This document shows positions 11,591 through 24,238 of a DNA stretch of 64,000 bases, piece after piece. The notes below the pieces were generated by a model. That model made no database searches and was not told the origin of the DNA. It was given only the letters and a program-made list of their open reading frames with translations. The stretch comes from Octopus sinensis (Eukaryota). The translations under genes were made by a program, and so were the position numbers. Numbering within the stretch: position 1 is the stretch's first letter; every line of letters begins with the position of its first letter. The DNA is taken from contig NC_043000.1 of the NCBI RefSeq assembly GCF_006345805.1, positions 6,076,001-6,140,000 of the forward strand. The letters run 5' to 3'.

Positions 11591-12580
11591 TATATGTATA
11601 TATATCCTAACCACTGGACCATGCAACTTCATGTGTGGAGTCATTTGAAAGCTAAAATTAAGTACTTGCCACTACAACTAAAAAGTTCTGCCCCAATAAT
11701 TCATGTAAATTCTTGTTTACCGTTTATAATCATAGAAAAGTGGACTCAACAAGAAAAAGAACGAATCTTTATATTTGCATCAGGAATGACTGTGGGATTA
11801 AGAAGTTTGTTTCCTAATGTCAAGGTTGCAGGTTAAGTCCCGGTGCACAGCATCTTGGGCAAGTATCTTCTACTATAGGCCCAGGCCAATCAATACCAAT
11901 GATTTAAAGTCTTGTGAGCAGGTTTGGTAGACAGAAACTCTAAGAAGCTCAGCATGTGTGTGTGCGCACGCACGTGTGTGTGTGTGTGTGCGCGCACGCG
12001 TGTGTTCTTGTCTTGATGTTGTGTGATAGTTGCAAATGAGTCTCATCGTAATAAAATTAGTGTCATTTGTTTCCAATCTCCTATGGAAACACATCTGGCT
12101 ATCAGGAAATATTAACTTGCTTTTAAACAGGTGAAGGTTGGTGACAGGAAGGGCCCCCCAACCATAGAAAATCTTCCCCAACAAATCCCATCTGACAAGC
12201 ATCAAAAAGTGGTCATTTAATGCTGCTGCTGATGATGATGATATAAAGTTATTTAAATTGAACTCTTTTCCTCACGACTTTTGTTTCGTGCCACACAAAC
12301 GTAAAGGCAAACTGTTGTTTTATGAATGGTTTTTATGGTTAAGACATTAGCTTTGCAACTTCATGGTTTCTGGTTTGATCTTAGGACAAAGCAGTTATAG
12401 CAAAGGTTTTCTAGTATAGGCTAAAGCTGAACTATGACTTTTGAGTGAAATCTGATAGTTGGAATCTACCAAGTGGAAGAATATTATGTCTGTGTTTATG
12501 TGTACATGGTGCATGTCTGTGTATATAAATAGCATGGAAGACCATTGTGTATGTATATGTGAGTATATATATATATATAT

Positions 12581-12959
12581 ACTCTTTTATTTGTTTCAGT
12601 AATTTGACTATGGCCATGCTGGAGCACCGCCTTTAGCCTAGTAAATCAACCCAAGGACTTATTCTTTGTAAGCCTAGTACTTATTCTATCTGTCTTTATT
12701 GCCGAACCGCTAAGATACGAGGATGTAAACACACTAGCATCGGTTATCAAGCGATGTTGGGAGAACAAACACAAACATACACACACACATATACAAACAT
12801 ACGACGGGCTTCTTTCAGTTTCCGTCTACTAAATCTACTCACAAGGCTTTGGTCGGCCCAAGGCTACAGTAGAAGACACTTGCCCAAGGTGCCACGCTGT
12901 GAGACTGAACCCGGAACAGTGTGGTTCGTAAGCAAGCTACTTACCATACAGCCACTCCT
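12581..12959 (-). mobile_element. SINE-A, full length
   Basis: Reverse complement of the family consensus from tail to head (ends gccactcct). Confidence 0.9.
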
Positions 12960-13886
12960 ATATAAAATATGTGAGCGCATATGTAGTGTGTGTATATGTG
13001 TAAGTATGTTTCTCTTTCCATGCGTCTTCACACTGATATTACTTGACGGCAGGGATATTTTGAAGTCAGTGCTTCCAACGTACAAAGACAAGTAGAATAA
13101 ATCCTTTTACTTGAAAATAAGAGTTGGTTTCAAGAGGGCTATCTAACTGAAAAATACTGGTTCAAGAAAACTCATCTAACTCATGCCAACAAGAAAAAAA
13201 TGGATGTGAAAATGAGGATAATAATAGAATGAGTTCATTTTTTTTTTGTGTTTGGTTTTGTTTTTATTGGCCAAAACAACTCATGAATTGGTCAATGTAA
13301 AGTGGTATATAGGTGAATTATTTTAGAAAAAACAGGATATGATTATGTAATGAACAAGCAGAGACAGAGCAACCACTGAATTGATGACATTACACCAATA
13401 ACAAAAACAAAATGTAATTATAATGAACAGCTAATGATAATCTGAATAACAACAAAACCAACCAATAAAGAGTAGAAGAATCCATGAACTGGTAAGTGAA
13501 AAGGCAACAACTATGGTCAAAGCCTTAATAAACCTAATTTCATAAACTGGTCAAAGGAATCATCACACACACACACACACAAACAAAATCCTGTTTCAAT
13601 TTAAATAAAAACAATTCTATAGTTTTGAGATGTGTAACTTATATTATAAATTATATTAATCAGACTGATGTCATCTTGATTGTTGCTTTCACTACATTTT
13701 GGCTGTTGCATGTTGAAACATAGCGAAAGCAACAATCAACATGTGGTTACCAGTCTCAGAAATATAGACAGAAAACATAAATAAAAATACCAAAAGAAGA
13801 CAGTTCAGTTGATGTTTGCAGTGACCCAAGACCTGAGCTGTGAAAAAAAAAAATTCAATATTGTCTAAGACACCATGTATTGAGTA

Positions 13887-14396
13887 CTGTAAATCTTCGA
13901 GTATAGTCCGCCCTTGAGTATAATACACAGGGGATTTGGTGGAGGGGCTGTCCCTCTGAAAAACCTAAACCGTGTGTATAATACACACTCCTTCTCTAAC
14001 TTGAGTCATGCGTAATTAAGCAAGCAGCACCTAGTCGAACATGCGTAATACAATAATGGTGATGTTCTCAACTGTTATATGAGAATGTAAATATGCTTGC
14101 AAATTGTTTTTGTTACATGTTATTCTGTGTTCTGAATACTTTTATTTTAATAAATGTTGTTTACTGCAAGTTATGGATGATTCTTTTATGACTTCATTGC
14201 TTTCAGGCTTAGCTTAAGGTATTTTTGCGCCCAACATCACAAAATGCGTCTGAATAAACATTGCCGGACAGCAAATAGGGACTTGGACATTGCTTAAAAA
14301 ATATTTTTCATTTTTAACCTCGTATATAGTACGCACTAGGGATTTTGACCATTAAATTTTGGGAAAAAAATGCGGATTATACTTGAGGATTTACAG
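13887..14396. mobile_element. pogo-type MITE, second copy
   Basis: TA|CTGTAAATCTTCGAGTATA ... TATACTTGAGGATTTACAG|TA; collinear with 3298-3811. Confidence 0.85.
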
Positions 14397-15755
14397 TACT
14401 CTTTGACAAGCTGTATCATTTGAATGTATGTGTGTGCTTCAATTCAGGGAAAATGCTGACTGCACTAAACAGGTTTATATTTTCCCTACTGAATCTCCCC
14501 ATCATCTTCAACATTGAAACTTGAACATGTAATTGAGTTAGTCATTTACTGTAGCTGGACCATGAAAATTTGAAAACAAAAATAATCTCTGTTAAATAAT
14601 GAATAATTGCAGCAGTTTACTTTCCAGCAGACAGCAGACCTCTCTGCTGTAACTCTGCCGAGCTATATTTTTATTTTTTTATTATTTATTTCACACGCCA
14701 AGCCTAAAGTAACTCTAAACTTCAGAAAAGTGAGAGACTGCTATAATTTGATGCAAGAATTTACATTGCATACATAACAATATGCTGCACAATCAAATAA
14801 TGTTGCTGTGAGCAAAGTAATATTCAAAAATAACATGCAATGGTTTCTATGTGAAATAACTAACATCAAAGTGGGAAAAATTTCCATCCAGGTGGTAGTA
14901 GGTAAATAGATTAGACACTAATTATTATGTTAAGTTATTAGTTTTCTTTTATTTCGTTACATGTGAGGGAGGTGATCTCAGGGAACTGAGGTTGGTATGC
15001 TTTTATTTTTGTGAATATTGGAAAACTATATATTATAGCCAAACAGCAAGCAGAAAAGTAGGATAAAGCAAATCAATGCCTGGAGTCTAATGCTTTGGAG
15101 TAAAAATATAAAATTCATTGAAACAGCATCTGATGAACATAAAGTATTTTTGTGATTTGATATCAGTGTAGCTCAGGTGTCAGTTCAAAGTGGCAATTCT
15201 TTGGGGTGGACTATTTCTATATGTATATATGTACAACACAAAGAGTGAGAGACTATCAGAATAATACCAGGATATTATTTCTTTATATAAAGAATAGTGC
15301 AGCAAGAGATTTGTTTGATAAGCATTAATTAATTAATTGGTACTAAGGAAGTTATGAAAACAAAAGACTACTAGGTGGTTACACATACACTTTGCATGTA
15401 TTAAGTTGTACTTCTCTTAAGAATTGCCTTCTTCTGAATAATAAGAATGACCATCCAAGTATTAAGTTGCTTGACCTGAATTTGAAACACACAAATTTAT
15501 AAAATGCTTTTGGATTAAACACAAAAACTGAAAGAAGGTATAACGACTTTACATACCAAAAAAACAAAAAACAATATCAAATGCAAAAACAAAAACAAAT
15601 AAAAGACATTTCATTATGATTCTAAATTTGATTTTTTGCTTCCAGAAGAATGAAATTATAAACAAACAAAATTTATTAATTAGAGAAAAATATGAGATAA
15701 GCATATTTTAATGATACATACATGAGTGTATATACATACATACATACATACATAA

Positions 15756-15786
<31 letters not shown>

Positions 15787-16438
15787 TGCATACATACATA
15801 TACATATATAAACACATACGTATATAAATACATACATACATATATAAATACATATGTATGTACATATGCATATACATATATTACATTTCATTATGTATCC
15901 ATTACGTCAATTTGTTTTAAGAAATAATAAAAATAGAAATTAAAAAATGAATGACGTGACTACGAATACATTTATTACTTTGATTGGAAATTTTCCCCCT
16001 AAATTGAACTATGTTTAATTCTCTTCATTTAATTTAATTTTCTTCATTAATTGTAAGACAGTATATTACATTGGCTTCATAAAAAGATTGCTATTACACA
16101 AAAATTTGTGTTGCTAGAAAATGAAATTAAATGTCAATGACTTTTAACAATTATTTAATGAAAGACATCGCAACAGTTTTCAACTGGAATTTGAAAGTTC
16201 ATTTTAAAAACACTTACTCAGGCCTTTTATATTTTAGGCATATCAGTATTTTACACACACACACAATCAGTATACATGACCAATTTTCAGAGAACTGAGG
16301 GTCTAGGACTTCTTTTAATCAGGATATAATTGTGATGACCCTTGCAACCTAACAAACTAGTTCACTGAATGACAACAAGGTGAGCTGCGTATCATTTGCA
16401 TACATTCATACACACACACATGTATGTGTGTGTGTATA

Positions 16439-16597
16439 CTGTAAATTCTCAAGTATAATCCACATTTTTTTCCCAAAATTTAATGGTCAAAATCCCTAGT
16501 GCATATTATACACGAGGTTAAAAATGAAAATTATTTTCTAAGCAATGTTCAAGTCTCTATTTGTTGTCCGGCAATGTTTATTCAGACGCATTTTGTA
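16439..16597. mobile_element. pogo-type MITE, partial inverted copy ending at a SINE-A
   Basis: TA|CTGTAAATTCTCAAGTATAATCCACATTTTTT... is the reverse complement of the right part of 3298-3811. Confidence 0.8.
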
Positions 16598-16599
16598 AC

Positions 16600-16925
16600 T
16601 GCATGGCACCTTCAGCAAGTGTCTTCTACTTCATCCTCAGGCTGATCAAAGCCTTGTGAAAGGATTTAGTAGACAGAAACTGAAAGAAGCCCGTTGTATA
16701 TATCTGTGTATGTGTGTGTGTGTTTGTGCTTATGTTGACAGCTGGTATTGATGTGCTTATGTTCTTGTAACTTAGCAGTTCAGCAAAAAGAACCCAATAG
16801 AATGAGTATCAGGCTTTAAAAACAAAAATAAGTACTGGAGTCGATTCATTTGACTAAAACTCTTCATGGTGTTGCCCCAGCATGGCCACAATCTACTGAC
16901 TTAAACAAATAGAAGTATAAAGATT
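16600..16925 (+). mobile_element. SINE-A, 5'-truncated and diverged
   Basis: ggcaccttcagcaagtgtcttctac ... gttgccccagcatggccaca. Confidence 0.8.
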
Positions 16926-17423
16926 AAAGATCCAGGAAAATTGTATTGATCCTTTACAAAATGTATGCTTGATGTGGTAAATTCAAGCGAGTTGATTGAG
17001 ACATTTATCATAGAATTTAACATGAGAGATGTGCTTTGATTTGTTGCTATAGAAAAAGTAAAATTGTTGAGGCAAAATGAAGGTTTGCATAAGCCTGAGT
17101 CCTGTCTTGAAGTTTGAAAATGCATCAGATGAAGATCTTGACACTGATTTCAAAGGATTTCATGAACCAAAAGCTTGCTTGATCTTGATTTTTAATGCAA
17201 ATACAGACCATGAAAGCATGGTTGGTATTTTCACTGAAAGCATGGTCGGTATTTTCACAAGCTATACTTTTGTTGTGAGCTATCAGGAAAGTTACCACAG
17301 GGATAACTGGCTTGTTGCAGCAACATCATTTTTGGATCCTTCAATATTTAGCTTTTACTATTATTGTGAAGCAGAAATACTGTAAAGAATAGAGCATATA
17401 TCGAAAACAGAGAATACGTTCAA

Positions 17424-17638
17424 CCCTTTAGCATTTAAAGTGGACATATCAGACCAAAATATTTTACTAGTTTTATGTTCAAGCTGGGCAGATACAGCCT
17501 CTCATACCTATCCTATAATGCCATTCTAAAAATAAATAATCACAAAATCTCTAAGCTATAAGATAATACATGATTAATTCATAACAATGTGAGAAAAATA
17601 AATATTACATTTGACAGAGTAATCTAAATGCTAAAAGG
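17424..17638. mobile_element. TTAA-MITE-2
   Basis: ccctttagcatttaaa ... aatctaaatgctaaaagg|ttaa. Confidence 0.8.
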
Positions 17639-17991
17639 TTAATAAAGAAAATCTGGCTGAGTGATTGAATATTAATCAAGAAATGACTGACACGTATTGC
17701 TATAGTGACTGTATAGCACATGGTTTTGAATGTTCAAGCAAACAATGAAATTGATGAGGCTGACAGCCAAGATCAAGATGTGACTGAAAGACTCACTGGT
17801 GTTAATTAAGTTAATTAAGTTAATGAGAGAACTAATCAAAGAACTTGAATAAAGCAACTTTGTCCTTCCACCAGCAATTGACAAAAGTGATTTTTGTGAG
17901 AGAAAAGCAACTAGTAACCACTGTTCGTCCAGCAAAATGGATAATTTAGCATGGATAAGGAACCAAAGTTGCTAGAAAATCTGTCTGTCTG

Positions 17992-18024
<33 letters not shown>

Positions 18025-18638
18025 CACACACACAAATATCATTTTGCATCTGCTTTCCATGCTGGCATGTGTTGGATTCTTTGACAGGATCTGACAGAGT
18101 CTATGCCTGGCTCAAACACCTTTTATGGCATGGTTTCTATGGCTGGATGCCCTTCCTAACATCAGCCACTTTACAGCAATTACTGGAGTGCATTTTCTCA
18201 TGATATCAACAGAAGAGAAGTTGTCATGGCTCTTGGCAAGACTAAAGGGTCCTCTGAATCCTGAATTGTCTCTGCTCAATTCACCAATCACAAGGTGCTT
18301 TTTTCCATGGCACCAGTACTAATGAGGTCACCTCCTGATACACAAGACTAAAGAACTCCTGCAACTGAAAGGGAGGAAAGGAAACAGAATGGTGACTCTA
18401 TGTGAGATGTTGAGAAAAAGTTAAATTATGATGGAACGAACAGATTACTGTGAGGAGGGGTGGTTGTGAAGAGAATAACAGAGGAGATAGTGTTGGGAAG
18501 GGGAGGAATTTTGGCAGGAGTTAATGAGAAAGACAGCAATATGGTTTATGGGGTGGGTTGAGTAGGAAGTATTCAGTACTTTATCTAAGAAGATAGAGAT
18601 GGTGGGGACAAGTGTGTGTGTGTATGACATATGATATA

Positions 18639-19861
18639 CATGGTCTGATCAATAGGTATCTGGACTGTTGCCATAGTAATGAAGCTAAAGCTTGCAGAGT
18701 GAAGCCGCTTGCAACAGGTTGACCTTGAACTCTGCTGTGCATGCACACTGAGTTTTAACATTTTAGTTCACTTTCGCTGTTTACAGCAGTGCTTGGAAGG
18801 AACGTGTGTAGCATGTGATCATCGCATTGACCATGACAGAGAAATTGCTGGCTTCGTGCTAAAATATGAAACTAATATTAATGTTCATGAAGGCGGCGAC
18901 AGGGCAGAATCAGTAGCACACTGGGCAAAAAGTTTAGCAGCATTTCGTCTGTCTACAAATTCCTCTGAGGTCGACTTTCCTTCTTATTCTTTTTCGAGTC
19001 AATATAACAAGAATCAGATGAGTACTAGATATGTACTTGAAAAGCCTCATCTCCCGAAATTGCTGGCTTCGTGTCAAAATTTGAAAGCAATATTATTTTC
19101 ATTTATAAGGTGGCGAGCTGGCAGAATCGTTAGCACGCCGGGCAAAATGTTTAGTAGCACTTCATCTCCCTTCACGTTCAGTGTTCAATTTCTGCCGAGA
19201 TTGACTTTGCCTTTCATCCTTCCAAGCTCGGTAAAATAAAAGTTTGGTGATCCCTGCTCAGAGGCCTAAGCAAAGTTTTCAAAAAGTTTTCAACACAGTC
19301 AAGGAGATCTTGTGCAACTGAAACCTAAGTATTTTTTGATCAGCTGAAAGCAGTTTGACCACTAATTTGGCAGACATGCATCACATACAGAAATCTTCAG
19401 TGTTAATGGACGGAACCGAATCACAACTAATCTACACATCCTCTGATAACTCACAGATGGTGATTCGATGATTGTCCCCTCACTGCTGCATGCACATCTG
19501 CAATGTTTTTCTCAGTTCTGCTGGTTGCAGGTCTCCCAGAACGTTTGTCAATATCAACATTTCTTCGGCCATCTTGGAAACGTCTGAACCACTCATACAC
19601 TTGTGTGCAACTCATACACTCCTCTCCGTACACTTTCTGTAACTTTGCATAGGCCTCTGATAAGGTATTGCCATGACAACTTTCTGTCATGGTCGATGCA
19701 ATGATCACATGCTACATATCTTCCTTCCAAGCACTGCTGTAAATAGTGGAAATGAGCTAGAACTACTGAGTCTAAGGACAATCTGTGCCAAACAGCTTCA
19801 CTCTATGTGCTTTGGCTTTGTTACTATGGCAACAGTCTGGATACTTATCGAACTGACCTCT
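18639..19861. mobile_element. Composite of two inverted mariner 5' ends enclosing SINE-B fragments
   Basis: TA-flanked termini catggtctgatcaataggtatctggactgttgccatagtaa and ttactatggcaacagtctggatacttatcgaactgacctct; arms of about 200 bp are inverted homologues. Confidence 0.75.
19245..19692 (-). pseudogene. Mariner transposase N-terminal (HTH) remnant
   Basis: YAKLQKVYGEECMSCTQVYEWFRRFQDGRRNVDIDKRSGRPATS, continuing with frameshifts as RITICELSEDV...SAKLVVKLLSADQK. Confidence 0.88.
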
Positions 19862-20230
19862 TATATATATATATATATATATATATATGGATCATATATA
19901 ACACACACTGATCAGGTACAACCCTTTCAAGGAGATTCAAATGATTCATAGGCAAATCACCTGAGGGTTGGTCTTAATAAAGACAAGCTGTCATATTTTC
20001 CAGTTTCAGTTCCTAAACATATCTCCACAAATAAGATTTCATGTAGTTTCTTATTTGCTCAGATTTTGTCTGCTAAATAATGACTGAAAATGTTGAGTGA
20101 GAGCCTCTTAAGACTATTACTGATACTCCAGTAAAAAGGGAATTTTTTTTCTCTGATATCCCTTAAGAGTTCAATCCCAAACCTTAGAAATTTTAGGGGG
20201 TGACCATAAATTATAATTAAAAAATTATCA

Positions 20231-20470
20231 CTGTTTTCGTACCTCTGCTACTCCTATTCCTTTACTAATACTACAGTTTGCTGTGTTATCACTGGTGAGG
20301 TGTAATGGAAGTTTCAATGCATTACCAGCTAGTTTGCCTCCAGGCAGTCGAGTGACAAAGATGTCTAAAGATCTAACTGCCACAGCAATTTTCCCATGCT
20401 TCCTTACTTCAGCCAGAAGAAATAGGTTTATAAGGAAGATTTCTCCTCCTCTTCCAGGCATATAAAGAAT
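20231..20470 (-). pseudogene. Helitron PIF1-type helicase fragment
   Basis: PGRGGEIFLINLFLLAEVRKHGKIAVAVRSLDIFVTRLPGGKLAGNALKLPLHL...CSISKG aligns by eye to the Helitron motif I-Ia consensus APGGTGKTFLINL.LA.IR..GKIA.AVASSGIAATLLPGGRTAHSA.KLPL. Confidence 0.8.
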
Positions 20471-20504
20471 ATTAGACGTAGACAACACACAGAAAAATAG
20501 CTGA

Positions 20505-20562
<58 letters not shown>

Positions 20563-20778
20563 TAAAACACACCCTGTTCAATGGACAGTGCTGAGTTGTC
20601 AAACATTTATACCAAATTTTCTCAAAACAACTTGTCTGACCGTCCGATAGGCCTCCCCTTTGAGAAACACTGATTTAACCTAAATTTGAGACATCAGCAA
20701 AAGAAATAAAGATAGACTTTTTTTCTATTCCAAAGAAAAACGATTTTATTCACACAAATATGCAACTGAAGAGTTTAA

Positions 20779-21471
20779 AGTACCAGTAAGTACATCGCAA
20801 CAGCTGATGTACTTGCGCGTACAAATGCACGTTCCCACGGCTTTATCGATTGCATTCTCACCTGGAATCGATTTTTGTAATTTTTCAAGACTTATACACA
20901 CCCTGATACAGTTGGTATCTACAAATCAAATTTGAGCAAAATCGGATGGAGGATGCCTGAGGTTCTAGAAGACACACAGACAGACAGACAGAACGGATTT
21001 TATATAATAGATATATACAACACACAAATGGTAAAGTAAAGACAACTTTTATCATGAAGATATCTGCAGTGTAGTTATCAAAAACAAAACAGTATAACAA
21101 TATTTCGTTTTAATATGTCTACTTTGTATTAACATATCAATTCGAACACACATATTTTATGTGTGTGGCTAGCACTTGATGTATACGTATCAGCAACATC
21201 ATCTTCCTCCTACTTACACACACACACAATATCTTATTTTTGTGTGTGAAATCCGTTCTGTCTGTCTGTGTGTGTGTCTTCTAGGATCTCGGGCATCCTC
21301 CATCCGATTGCGCTCAAATTTGATTTGTAGATACCAACTGTATCAGGGTGTGTATAAGTGTTGAAAAAATTACAAAAATCGATTCCAGGTGAGAATGCAA
21401 TCGATAAAGCCGTGGGAACGTGCATTTGTATGCGCAAGTACATCAGCTGTTGCGATGTACTTACTGGTACT
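20779..21471. repeat. Long inverted repeat: two roughly 245-bp Helitron-like arms around a roughly 230-bp spacer
   Basis: 20779-21015 is the reverse complement of about 21245-21471 with few mismatches. Both outer ends abut TTAA (20775-20778, 21472-21475). Confidence 0.9.
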
Positions 21472-22077
21472 TTAAAATCAATTTCTCTCTCACTTTCTCT
21501 TTCCTTACTCTTGTCATTTTTTCTCCCCCCCCCCACTCTCTCTCTGTCATATCTCTTATTTTGACCATCAATCTCTGATCATCTGTCGTCTTCCTGATCT
21601 CAATGATAATTCAGCCAATTGAGTTGTATGCACACTTGCACACATAAGAAGAGCATCTAGCTGTAGAAACCATATCAAAGTGGACATTGGTGCATGACAC
21701 AAACCTACGACTTGCCAGACCCTGTCAAACCATCTAACCCATGCCAGCATGGAAACTGGGTGTTAAATTATGATGTTGATGATGATGATGATACATAATA
21801 CTGATGCACATACACACAAACATACATCATTTGTTAAACTAAGCAGCAGCAGCAGTGACTACAGCTTCTAGTTTGATGTGAAGATGGCACAAGGGTTAGT
21901 TCAGAGAAGCAGCCTGCTATAGTAGTGGGGTTGGGGAGGGAGAGGGCTATCCAATGGTAGCAGAGTTGATAGAGAATGTTAATGGATAGATGTTTCATAA
22001 TTGTAGGCAGTGTGTGTGAGTGCATTATTTTTCAAGGCTTTCTTCAGTGCTCGCAATTCTGTCAAAAAAATTAATAT

Positions 22078-22106
22078 AAATAATGTATATTATATATATA
22101 TACATA

Positions 22107-22144
<38 letters not shown>

Positions 22145-22165
22145 CAGATACATATATATACATAC

Positions 22166-22238
<73 letters not shown>

Positions 22239-22408
22239 CATATATATATATATATACACATACATATATATACATACATATATATACATATATATACATA
22301 TATACATATATATATATACACATATATATATACACATATATATATATATATATATACATACATACATATATGTATATGTGTTTTTTGTGCTTTCTTGTTT
22401 GGATTAAC

Positions 22409-22445
<37 letters not shown>

Positions 22446-22447
22446 AC

Positions 22448-22499
<52 letters not shown>

Positions 22500-22500
22500 A
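22078..22500. repeat. About 420-bp compound (TA)n/(TACA)n microsatellite
   Basis: Read directly; source of the many YI/HI-rich pseudo-ORFs. Confidence 0.95.
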
Positions 22501-22519
22501 TCAAAATCGATCAATGGAA

Positions 22520-22862
22520 ATTGCAGATGTGTTACCAGTGCCGGTGGCATGTAAGAGAACCTTCCGTTTCGCGACCGTTGCCAGCGCCGCCCCGACTGGC
22601 CTCGTGCCGGTGGCACATAAAAAGCACCATCCGTTCGTGGCCGTTTGCCAGCTCTGTCTGGCACCTGTGCGGGTGGCACGTAAAAAGCACCCACTACACT
22701 CTCGGAGTGGTTGGCGTTAGGAAGGGCATCCAGCCGTAGAAACACTGCCAGATTTGACTGGGCCTGATGAAGCCTTCTGGCTTCACAGACCCCAGTAGAA
22801 CCGTCCAACCCATGCTAGCATGGAAAACGGACGCTAAACGACGATGATGATGATGATGATGA
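22520..22862 (+). mobile_element. Family C (RTE 3' UTR) with (GAT)n tail
   Basis: gtgccggtggca.ataaaaagcacc units, ggagtggttggcgttaggaagggcatccagc, tail gatgatgat. Confidence 0.85.
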
Positions 22863-23559
22863 TATACATACATATAAATCCATATCCTTCTTCTGACAAG
22901 TCTTTTTGTATGGATATGACAGAAGTAGCTTTACAACAACTCATTTCCAGTAGTTACTAGCGTTTATAGTTCTCATCTGATTACACTAGCTTTGTATAAT
23001 GAAAGAAAATTGGTAAAATTATCAAGCTATATAGTAACATTCCAGCAGCAAATGTTATTCTACAATTTAGATTAAGTCAGCTTGGCACTAATCAATACCA
23101 CCTCACCGTTATAAACACTACTAAGATTAATGAGAGGCAGCTACACATTTTATATTTATTATTGTTTTGCTGCAATATGCTCCAAGACAATTTATTATCT
23201 GATGCCTATATTTTTTCTTCTTAAGCTATTCTGCTGCCAACAGAACTTCGGTTAGACATTGTAAATATAGTGTGCATATGTTTGGCAAGGTTTTAATTAA
23301 TCTAAACTTTTCTTAATCTTTAACCCCATTTTTCATGACTAGCCTGAGATAAATGAACCAAGAGAGACTTATTCCATTACTACATGTATCTGAGTTTAAA
23401 ATGATAATTTTAAACTTAGGACACAACATTAAATTTAAGGTCACGGTATTGATGTTACAGCAAGAAATTATTTAGTGATGAAAAAATGTAGAAGAAAAAT
23501 AAAGTCAGGAGTTTAAGTATTTTAATTTTTAATTATGGTTTCTTATTGAATAAAGCCTG

Positions 23560-24238
23560 AAAACTCTTTTAGTTACTGTTTAGTGTTAGATCAACCTAGT
23601 TCAAGCAGATTACAAATTTCTGTTGAAACACACTGCCTTTGTTTTAATTAATTTTGAAAATAATGAGGAATTTAGTAAATTAAATGTCAACAGGAGTGGC
23701 TGTGTGGTAAGTAGCTTGTCTACCAACCACATGGTTCCGGGTTCAGTCCCACTGCGTGGCACCTTGGGCAAGTGTCTTCTACCATAGCCCCGGGCCGACC
23801 AAAGCCTTGTGAGTGGATTTGGTAGACGGAAACTGAAAGAAGCCCGTCGTATATATGTATATATATATATATATGCGTGTGTGTGTTTGTGTGTCTGTTT
23901 GTCCCCCTAGCATTGCTTGACAACCGATGCTGGTGTGTTTATGTCCCCGTTACTTAGCGGTTCGGCAAAAGAGACCGATAGAATAAGTACTGGGCTTACA
24001 AAAGTATAAGTCCCGGGGTCGAGTTGCTCGATTAAAAGGCGGTGCTCCAGCATGGCCGCAGTCAAATGACTGAAACAAGTAAAAGAGAGAGAATAAAAGA
24101 GAGTATTAAACTGGTGTTTGGTACATAAATTAACATGGAATTTTAATGGGAGGTTTTAATTTAGATCACATTAAGACAAGAAATTTGTATCTTAGTAACA
24201 GGGGTTGGTTTCAGATAAATTGGTATTTAAAGAGTTAA
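23560..24238. mobile_element. TTAA-MITE-1-related element split by a SINE-A
   Basis: Left part matches 2636-2720 (ttgttttaattaattttgaaaataat). It resumes after the SINE with ttaaactggtgtttggtacataaatta and ends aaagag|ttaa. Confidence 0.6.
23692..24104 (+). mobile_element. SINE-A, full length, young-looking
   Basis: A-box tggctgtgtggt, B-box ggttcagtccc, complete body and aaaagag tail. Confidence 0.92.

Noticed and set aside
17077-17385. 102-aa ORF with a 24-bp tandem duplication (ESMVGIFT x2)
   Set aside because: No recognisable domain. The acidic SDEDLDTDFKGF stretch might be a transposase tail remnant, but it is too weak to call.
22763-22790. CTGATGA-AGCC-ttct-GGCT hammerhead-like half
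   Set aside because: It is not followed by GAAA, and other family C copies read ctggtgc at this position.
22010-22808. Long ORFs (up to 236 aa) rich in Y/I/H/C/V
   Set aside because: They are translations of (TA)n/(CA)n microsatellite and family C repeat. The same applies to ORFs at 15676, 56297, 59091-59526 and similar.
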